This document shows, one piece after another, positions 57,561-64,000 of a stretch of 64,000 nucleotides of DNA (its first letter is position 1; every line of letters starts with the position of its first letter). Under the pieces are notes generated by a model. That model saw only the letters and a program-made list of their open reading frames with translations. It did no database searches and was not told the DNA's origin. The DNA is from Candidatus Saccharimonadales bacterium. Lineage in GTDB: Bacteria; Patescibacteriota; Saccharimonadia; Saccharimonadales; DATKHC01. A program made the translations under genes and the position numbers. The stretch lies in NCBI GenBank assembly GCA_038317055.1, contig JBBQBA010000002.1, positions 70,106 through 134,105 of the forward strand. The letters are read 5' to 3'.

Positions 57561-59651
57561 ATGGCAACCCAAACAGTAGCAGCAGGCGGCGGTAACTGGA
57601 GTTCATCAACAACCTGGGCACCTGGTTCTATCCCAATAGCAGGTGATGATGTCATTTTAAATGCTAGTTCCGGACAACTAACTATTGACATAAATACAAA
57701 TATTATTCGTTCATTAATATGTACTGGGTATACCGGAACCATAACACACAATGCTGTTACCCCTTTAAATATAGGTGGTGTAGTTGCTCCAGCGGGAAAT
57801 GTTGCTCTAGTTTTTGTAGCAGGTATGACTTATACGCTTGTCGATGTGGCAACTTCAAATATTGTCATAACTGATTCATCGGGCGCAACAAATACTTACA
57901 ACTTCAATGGTGCAACCCTTGGTAACTTGACCATAAATAATGGCACTACGACGACTACTCAGCTAGTCACTAGTGGCTTCACGCAGGGGGCAGCAACCAC
58001 CGTTACCCTTGCCCAAGGGGGTTTGGATACAAATGGGCAAAGCTGTACTTGGGGAAGCTTTACTTCAAATAATACCAACACTAGAACACTTACAATGGGC
58101 TCTTCCTCCATTACACTTACTAATAACAACTCGATCGTATGGAATATAACCACAGGTACAAATCTAGTAATAACCAATAATACCGCAACGATTACTGGTT
58201 CAAGTTCAGCATTTGCACAAACTTATACCTTTTATGGACTAAATTATAATGGGGTCAGCCTCGTCTTTAATGCAACTGGTACTACTACGTTTAATAGTAG
58301 TACTGGTACATTTGCTAATATTACGTATAATCCTGCAACAACAAATGCTAACAATATTAAGTTCAATGCAAACATAACTATTACAGGGAACCTAACCCTA
58401 ACCGGAAGTTCTTCTCCGCTTCGCATATTAGTATCCTCGGTTACCAATGGGACTCAGATAACCCTAACATGTAATGGTACTGTGACGGCTTCTTACGTTG
58501 ATTTTAGAGATATTAAAGGTGCGGGTTCTGCATCATGGAATTTATCTGGTATAACTGGAGGCAGCGGCGATTGCCAGGGCAACAGCAGTATAACCCTTAC
58601 CACAACACAGACCAATTACTTCAAAGGGTCAGCTAATGATAACTTTTCGAGAGCAGCTTATTGGTATTTGGCGACAAATGGAGGGGGTGGAGCTGGACGA
58701 GTCCCTTTACCTCAGGACAATGCTATTTTTGATGCTAATTCAGGCGTAAATACATATCAATTCGATACTCCGAGAATAGGTACAATAACGACAACTGGAT
58801 TTACCGGCACATTATCATTCATCAGTTTAACCGTACAATGTTATGGCAATATTACTTGGGGCTCAGGTATTACACTAACTGCATCGCAAGTTTTTGCTTT
58901 TTGGGGACGTGGGTCTCAGACAATCACCACCAATGGTATAAGATATAATAATAATTACAATTTAAATGCTTTTGTTGGTACTTATACGCAGCAGGACAAT
59001 CTAAGCACCAATACATTTACGTTTACTACTGGTACTTGGAGCACCAATAACTTTAATATAATATCTGCTATTTTCACAAATGCCTCAGCCGCAGGTTCGC
59101 CAGTTACAATAAATATGGGGAGCGGAATCTGGACAATCTATAATAGCGTAATCGGTCAAACACCTTGGGCTTTCGGCATTACAGCAGGACTCACTCTTAA
59201 TTGCAATACGTCAACTATTAATTGGACACCGATAGGTAATGGTACTTGGTATTTCGTCGGTGGTAACCAAACATATTATAACTTTTCTTGGCCTGGTACT
59301 AACTTACAAACACAGACTTTAGTAATGAGTAATAATAATATTTTTAATTCGTTTTCTTACGTTGCTGCTGCTGCTTTAAGAACTATTCAGTTGGCGGCCA
59401 GTTCGACGCAAGCCATTGGAACACTTTCCCTACAAGGACAAACTGGATATATTCTAACAATTAATTCTAACCTTAGCGGTACAGCTGCGACATTTTCTGT
59501 GGCAACAGGGATAGTTAGTGCTAATAATATTAGCCTTACGGATAATACTGCTTCCGGCGGAGCCAATTTCTTTGCCGGGAATAACTCTACTATAGGCACC
59601 AATGTTACTGGCTGGAATCAGTTAAATTCGAGTTTTTTAAATTTTATGTAG
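57561..59651 (+). CDS. Thr/Asn/Gly-rich large protein, probable beta-helix/fibre (no signal peptide)
   Basis: 696 aa. N-terminus is GGGNWSSSTTWAPGSIPIAGDDVIL. Irregular T/N-rich beta-strand-like repeats run throughout. Starts 10 nt after the previous gene. Confidence 0.65.
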   Translation: MATQTVAAGGGNWSSSTTWAPGSIPIAGDDVILNASSGQLTIDINTNIIRSLICTGYTGTITHNAVTPLNIGGVVAPAGNVALVFVAGMTYTLVDVATSNIVITDSSGATNTYNFNGATLGNLTINNGTTTTTQLVTSGFTQGAATTVTLAQGGLDTNGQSCTWGSFTSNNTNTRTLTMGSSSITLTNNNSIVWNITTGTNLVITNNTATITGSSSAFAQTYTFYGLNYNGVSLVFNATGTTTFNSSTGTFANITYNPATTNANNIKFNANITITGNLTLTGSSSPLRILVSSVTNGTQITLTCNGTVTASYVDFRDIKGAGSASWNLSGITGGSGDCQGNSSITLTTTQTNYFKGSANDNFSRAAYWYLATNGGGGAGRVPLPQDNAIFDANSGVNTYQFDTPRIGTITTTGFTGTLSFISLTVQCYGNITWGSGITLTASQVFAFWGRGSQTITTNGIRYNNNYNLNAFVGTYTQQDNLSTNTFTFTTGTWSTNNFNIISAIFTNASAAGSPVTINMGSGIWTIYNSVIGQTPWAFGITAGLTLNCNTSTINWTPIGNGTWYFVGGNQTYYNFSWPGTNLQTQTLVMSNNNIFNSFSYVAAAALRTIQLAASSTQAIGTLSLQGQTGYILTINSNLSGTAATFSVATGIVSANNISLTDNTASGGANFFAGNNSTIGTNVTGWNQLNSSFLNFM

Positions 59652-59864
59652 TTAGGCTAATTTACCAAAGCAACAGGTACTGAATTATGTATTTCATTTT
59701 TTTGTTAGATATTCATCAGGTACTTACTCCGGATAATGGAGATCGTACTATTCTCAATATTAGAATTAAATGAGCATATTAAATCTTTTTATTTATACAA
59801 TCTGACGAGTAATATATATAATGCTCTTGCTTGCAATTATATCTTTAGGCTCTACTATAAAATA

Positions 59865-61133
59865 ATGCAGGAAAAACAACCAGACGTGGAAGAAGTCGAA
59901 AGTACTGAAACTACTAACATTGTATCAACAAGTACTAAGTCAAAATCCAATCAAAAAAAGAAATTATCTAAAAACAATTTATTTTTAGTAAGACTAGGTA
60001 TTATTTTACTAATATTTATTGTCGGTGTTACGTTATTTAGGTATATAAGTACAACTGTAAGTAGTAGCAATAATAGTAGTGGTCGACTTCTTACTTACGT
60101 CGATACGAATAACTACTCTAATTTAATAGTAAATACTTCACCAACAAAAACTATCGCCAAATTAACCTTAAAAGGGAATGACAATACTTTTGAAGTTATC
60201 ACTAATAACGGTCAGTCTGTAATTGTAATGGAAGGTCAAGGAGTTAATAATGGTACTTCTACCTCAACTATTAACAAAAAGTATTACCTAATTAATCACC
60301 AAGGTAAAATAACTACATTATCAAATGTCTTTGCATCAGCATTTAATAATTCTGTTTCCGGTGCATTTCTTGGAAGTAACAATAATTACTTCTACGTCAG
60401 CTGTACAGCACAACAATGTCAGTTAAATAACCTAAACTTAACGACTTACGCAAGTTCTGTATTAATGACATATTCAGTATCTCCCGTTGCGAATAGTGGA
60501 GGTGCCACTACCTCCTTGGATCTTGTTGGAGTATCACTAGACAACTTAGCTTATTTAATTACCTATCCACAAACATCCGGACTCGCTGATAATTTTAATA
60601 TATATAATATGCAGACAAAGAAAATGAAAATAACTTTCGTATTACCAAACCTGGGTATAAACGTTAACCTTCCCGCGTTATCTTATGATCACAATCATCT
60701 AGTATACACAAGTAACCTTAGTCCAAATATTTCTGAACTAACCGATATTTCTACTACAAAGACCACCGCCATTAACCAACTAGTAAAAGGAACTAATTCA
60801 GGAATAAATAATTATGTATGGTCACCTGATAGTAAAAACATAGCTTATAAGGATACTGGATCAACATCAGGCGATAGCTCGTTGTCAACAATCATCGGAT
60901 ATATAAATGTAGACAGTCATAAGGATAATATTCTAAAAAATCTTGGTAATTTTACAAATAACGTAATAAACATAGATGGTTGGTCGGCTAATAATCAATT
61001 AGAGTATACTAATTTAAATCTTATAACTACAGGGACCACAACTAAAAGTCATCCAACTTTCTATGCTATTAAGGTACCTAGTGGAACTACAACTGCACAA
61101 CCATTACCTAAGGGTTACGTTTTAGTAAACTAA
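59865..61133 (+). CDS. membrane-anchored protein with possible PD40/TolB-like beta-propeller segment
   Basis: ATG 59865 (MQEKQPDVEE...) is preferred over the track start 59736. TM is LFLVRLGIILLIFIVGVTLF. WSPDSKNIAYKD resembles a PD40 repeat. Confidence 0.55.
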   Translation: MQEKQPDVEEVESTETTNIVSTSTKSKSNQKKKLSKNNLFLVRLGIILLIFIVGVTLFRYISTTVSSSNNSSGRLLTYVDTNNYSNLIVNTSPTKTIAKLTLKGNDNTFEVITNNGQSVIVMEGQGVNNGTSTSTINKKYYLINHQGKITTLSNVFASAFNNSVSGAFLGSNNNYFYVSCTAQQCQLNNLNLTTYASSVLMTYSVSPVANSGGATTSLDLVGVSLDNLAYLITYPQTSGLADNFNIYNMQTKKMKITFVLPNLGINVNLPALSYDHNHLVYTSNLSPNISELTDISTTKTTAINQLVKGTNSGINNYVWSPDSKNIAYKDTGSTSGDSSLSTIIGYINVDSHKDNILKNLGNFTNNVINIDGWSANNQLEYTNLNLITTGTTTKSHPTFYAIKVPSGTTTAQPLPKGYVLVN

Positions 61134-61182
61134 CTGTTTAGACCAATGGCTAGTCGCTTAAATAAATGGTAATAATATATAT

Positions 61183-61797
61183 ATGAGTTATGAATTATCT
61201 GATTTTACTTTTGATCGACGTATCAGAGGTGACTTTAAACCAGAAGACATTGCTAAAATAGAAGATCTTCTTGGAGATATATCTACACGTAACTATTTCG
61301 AGGTTGTTGATTATAAGGAAGAAGCTAGCAGGGTTGCAACAAGAGAAGACTTAGCATCTAGATTTAATACAAAATATCTTACCGAATACTTAATTGATGA
61401 TATACCTACATATGTTGTTACTCATGCTGATTTTGTTTGTTTTTATAAATATGAAAAAAAACAAATCAGTCGAAGAAAAATTGAAAGTGCTTGGGGAGTA
61501 TTAGACAAACACTTAACTATGCTCCACAGTAATCAATCAGAACTTGGAATCTCGTCGTGTTTAGACTGTACTCTTGTACCGGTATTTTATAATACACCGA
61601 GTAGTCATAGTCCATCTGAATTTAGCGGTAGATTATCTCTTTTTGGTATTACACCAGACAGCCTAGATGATAATGCTTCTAAGCTAGATGAGCTATCGGC
61701 CGGAAGTCGTCCTATAACTAGGAATAAGCAAAAAATAAATATTTTACCTGTGCATACTATAAGGTTATTTACGGATGGGATAAGGTTAGAAGTATGA
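61183..61797 (+). CDS. hypothetical protein
   Basis: 204-aa ORF with no recognised motif. Its stop overlaps the next start (ATGA). Confidence 0.5.
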   Translation: MSYELSDFTFDRRIRGDFKPEDIAKIEDLLGDISTRNYFEVVDYKEEASRVATREDLASRFNTKYLTEYLIDDIPTYVVTHADFVCFYKYEKKQISRRKIESAWGVLDKHLTMLHSNQSELGISSCLDCTLVPVFYNTPSSHSPSEFSGRLSLFGITPDSLDDNASKLDELSAGSRPITRNKQKINILPVHTIRLFTDGIRLEV

Positions 61798-62024
61798 GCG
61801 AACTTACACACGATGTTTATGAACCGTTATCAACAGTTGCAAGAGCAAGTAGAATTGGTGCGATCGCAGTTGGATTTTTTGTTGCGTCATTTGGTGTTGG
61901 GGAATTCTTATATGGTACGGATTTTGCGGGAATTCTCGCAGAAGGTCTCGCTGCATATTTAATTATTCCAAATTACGCAGATATTTTTTATGATAACAAC
62001 TATGAAAGACCCGAGCTTGAATAA
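61794..62024 (+). CDS. 76-aa two-TM membrane protein
   Basis: Hydrophobic segments IGAIAVGFFVASFGV and FAGILAEGLAAYLII. Overlaps both neighbouring genes. Confidence 0.45.
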   Translation: MSELTHDVYEPLSTVARASRIGAIAVGFFVASFGVGEFLYGTDFAGILAEGLAAYLIIPNYADIFYDNNYERPELE

Positions 62025-62961
62025 CTATCATCAATCTAAAATTGCGCTTGGTGGCGAAGTAACTCTTAATCTAGTCAGTAAACTTGATATAAAATCTATA
62101 GATAAAATATATTTAGAATTATGGAGCTACATAGATAACTTTGAAATTAGATTTAGTAGATTTAAGCATGATAGTGAACTTTCACGATTTAATCGTGGTG
62201 CTGGAACAAAACAATATGTAGGTCAAGAATTTATAGATATCTTAATGGTTTCTAAAAAATATTATGAAATTACTAAAGGGCTATTTAATCCATTTATTCT
62301 ACCCGCACTTCAAAAGGCTGGATATAATAAGTCTTTTGTAAATAAAAGTGAAGATAATTTGGATGATTTTTCGAAACGTGCAGTAATTAAGGCCAATCTA
62401 ATTAAATTGGGTAGTGACTGGGCGATGATTCCTTATGGAAGTGCAATAGATTTTGGTGGCATCGGTAAAGGATATTTAGCTGATAAACTGACAGATATTA
62501 TTAAAAACTACGATGTAGAAGGTTATTGGTTATCACTTGGAGGGGATATTGTAGTTAATGGGGTTAGTTCAAAAAGTACTAATTGGATTATTGATATTCA
62601 AGATGCAACAAAACCAAAAGAAATTGTTGGTAAATTAAAACTGCCAAAAAACTTTTATTCAGGCGTTGCAACTTCGGGAACAATAAAAAGAAAAGGTATC
62701 CATAATAATAAAAAATGGCATCATATAATTGATCCAAGGACACTAGAACCAGCAATTACAGATATAAAGTCAGTAACTATTGCTACTAAATCTGGTATTG
62801 AAGCAGATATACTGGCAACTTGTGCGGTAATTTTAGGATATAAGAAAGCTCTAATATTTTTAAAAGAACATAAAGTCAAGGCTGCTTTAATCCAATATGA
62901 AAAAGACAATTCAACACTCAGTTTGAAAACAGTCGGCAATCTTATAGAATTAAACAGGTAA
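61990..62961 (+). CDS. apbE: FAD:protein FMN transferase (ApbE family)
   Basis: AIDFGGIGKGYLADK, GVATSGTIKRKG and WHHIIDPRT. No signal peptide or lipobox is visible. The start could be ATG 62002. Confidence 0.82.
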   Translation: MITTMKDPSLNNYHQSKIALGGEVTLNLVSKLDIKSIDKIYLELWSYIDNFEIRFSRFKHDSELSRFNRGAGTKQYVGQEFIDILMVSKKYYEITKGLFNPFILPALQKAGYNKSFVNKSEDNLDDFSKRAVIKANLIKLGSDWAMIPYGSAIDFGGIGKGYLADKLTDIIKNYDVEGYWLSLGGDIVVNGVSSKSTNWIIDIQDATKPKEIVGKLKLPKNFYSGVATSGTIKRKGIHNNKKWHHIIDPRTLEPAITDIKSVTIATKSGIEADILATCAVILGYKKALIFLKEHKVKAALIQYEKDNSTLSLKTVGNLIELNR

Positions 62962-62977
62962 ACAGATATAAATTTAA

Positions 62978-63052
62978 GCCGAAGTAGCTCAGCGGTAGAG
63001 CATCGCCATGGTAAGGCGGGGGTCACGGGTTCAAGTCCCGTCTTCGGCTCCA
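62978..63052 (+). tRNA. tRNA-Thr (anticodon GGU), CCA encoded
   Basis: Acceptor GCCGAAG/CTTCGGC, D stem GCTC/GAGC, anticodon loop ATGGTAA, T arm ACGGG-TTCAAGT-CCCGT. 75 nt. Confidence 0.9.
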
Positions 63053-63119
63053 TAATCTGTTTACAATTTAAACTCAATCTGTTAAGCTTGGACAGTTATA
63101 AAGATATTAGAAAGTATAT

Positions 63120-63326
63120 ATGGCAAAAAAAGGCGATAAACGAAAAATTGTAGGAATGGTGTCAGAAGGATCTGGCCACCGTATATATTACACTGGAAAA
63201 AATACAATGAATTCTCCGGACAAACTTAGTCTTAAAAAATACGATCCAGTACTTCGAAAACATGTTTTATTTACAGAGACAAAGAAAAACTTAGGACGTA
63301 ACGAAGTTAAACCCCGTAAACACTAA
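63120..63326 (+). CDS. rpmG: 50S ribosomal protein L33 (Cys-less form, extended C-terminus)
   Basis: 68 aa. [14 protein letters not shown]...[22 protein letters not shown] parallels E. coli-type C-minus L33. Confidence 0.85.
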   Translation: MAKKGDKRKIVGMVSEGSGHRIYYTGKNTMNSPDKLSLKKYDPVLRKHVLFTETKKNLGRNEVKPRKH

Positions 63327-63328
63327 AT

Positions 63329-64000
63329 TTAATTTTTCAAATCCTCTAAAACTAATATGGTGTTAATGAGTTCAGCGTGACTCCAAACTAGTGGTGCAAC
63401 TGAAATTGATTCACCGCTGTTTGGGTTTATTTGTTCTGCTAAAATACCACTTTTGTAACTGTGACTAAGAGTCCAGTCAATATAGCTTTTTGCTTTATCG
63501 ATGTCGCCAGTTTTAGCATAATACTGAGCTAACCAAAGAGTTGTAACGAACCATGGATTACCTTGGTAGGCAGTATCAGTTGCAAAGTAGTTATCGTGTT
63601 CGTATCTAGGTGAGCCCTTGGAGGGGGATTGGTCTAGTAGTATTTTCTCAGCAGCCATTGCAGTTTGATGAACGTGGTTTATGCCGACCGGTAATTCAAA
63701 TGTCGTAGCTCCGTAAAAACTTGATATATCGAGAGTGTTATCGTTTTGTAATGATCCATCTTCTTGAAGTAGAAAACCTTTAATTAGAAGTTGACGATCT
63801 TCGCTGAAAAGCTGATCGAGTCCGGTCGATATTTTATCGGCAGCTTCCTTCCATTTAACTATGTCATTAGGATACTCAAACATTTCAGCAAACACTACTG
63901 CTGACAATAAACTTTTATATACAATCGACGTAGTGTAAGTGCTGGTTAAGAATTTCTCTTCCCATAGATCATAAGTAGCATGAGGTAAGTTTGTTTGTGG
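63329..64000 (-). CDS. glycoside hydrolase family 15 (glucoamylase/glucodextranase-like), 5' end beyond window
   Basis: The frame stays open past the track start (TTG 63907) to position 64000, reading ...YDLWEEKF (GH15 catalytic region). GNPWFVTTLWLAQYY and EQINPNSGESISVAPLVWSHAE are also present. Confidence 0.8.
   Translation of the reverse strand, partial: PQTNLPHATYDLWEEKFLTSTYTTSIVYKSLLSAVVFAEMFEYPNDIVKWKEAADKISTGLDQLFSEDRQLLIKGFLLQEDGSLQNDNTLDISSFYGATTFELPVGINHVHQTAMAAEKILLDQSPSKGSPRYEHDNYFATDTAYQGNPWFVTTLWLAQYYAKTGDIDKAKSYIDWTLSHSYKSGILAEQINPNSGESISVAPLVWSHAELINTILVLEDLKN

Noticed and set aside
56647-59602. Long antisense ORFs (56647..57114, 57298..57537, 57488..57751, 57959..58177, 58244..58447, 59387..59602) inside the fibre-like genes
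   Set aside because: They are explained by the Thr/Asn/Gly/Ala codon bias of the sense genes, which removes antisense stops. The sense frames carry collagen and fibre motifs.
56167-59651. Diversity-generating retroelement targeting the fibre-like proteins
   Set aside because: There is no reverse transcriptase ORF in the window. I also could not find a template/variable repeat pair: the 322-nt spacer at 56167-56488 bears no resemblance to the gene 3' ends.
1-64000. Alternative genetic code (UGA recoding, as in Gracilibacteria/Absconditabacteria)
   Set aside because: TGA terminates well-defined genes at the expected lengths (rpsQ at 41176-41178, secY at 46816-46818, marR at 4226-4228). No conserved protein needs TGA read-through.
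1-64000. CRISPR arrays, rRNA genes, IS elements/transposases, integrases
   Set aside because: No regularly spaced direct repeats, no rRNA-like sequence, and no DDE or tyrosine/serine recombinase motifs were seen on reading. I could not run a repeat finder, so short or degenerate repeats may have been missed.

Overview
This is a low-GC bacterial window that uses the standard code: TGA terminates rpsQ, secY and marR. The core (23.5-51 kb, all + strand) is one uninterrupted run of rpoB-rpoC, str, S10, spc and alpha operon genes, extended by rplM-rpsI. No rpmD (L30), adk or map is present, and the L36, L33 and S14 copies are the Cys-less forms. These traits, plus many signal-anchored secreted hydrolases, suggest a reduced Patescibacteria/CPR-type genome, possibly Saccharimonadia-like. 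That taxonomic call is inference only.

The left arm (0-12 kb) holds a secreted-enzyme set: a DUF3472-like protein, GH26-like and GH16-like hydrolases, an HNH nuclease, and a G1/eqolisin peptidase with no canonical start codon. It also carries a MarR/cupredoxin operon, topoisomerase IB, a DinB-family protein and alr.

Between tig and clpP sits an AT-rich ~8.6 kb membrane-lipid/head-group cluster. It encodes a cytidylyltransferase, a GNAT, a CDP-alcohol phosphatidyltransferase, a rifampin-phosphotransferase-like dikinase, two UbiA-family proteins, a methyltransferase and a PlsC gene with an in-frame TAA. clpP carries a perfect CIRCE operator.

Three unrecognised small ORFs are translationally coupled inside the ribosomal operons: two between tuf and rpsJ, and one between rplB and rpsS.

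The right arm has trpS, an rluD-like gene and holB, then a tRNA-flanked segment with collagen-like/tail-fibre-like proteins that lack signal peptides. ApbE, rpmG and a partial GH15 gene follow. No rRNA, CRISPR array, transposase or integrase was seen.
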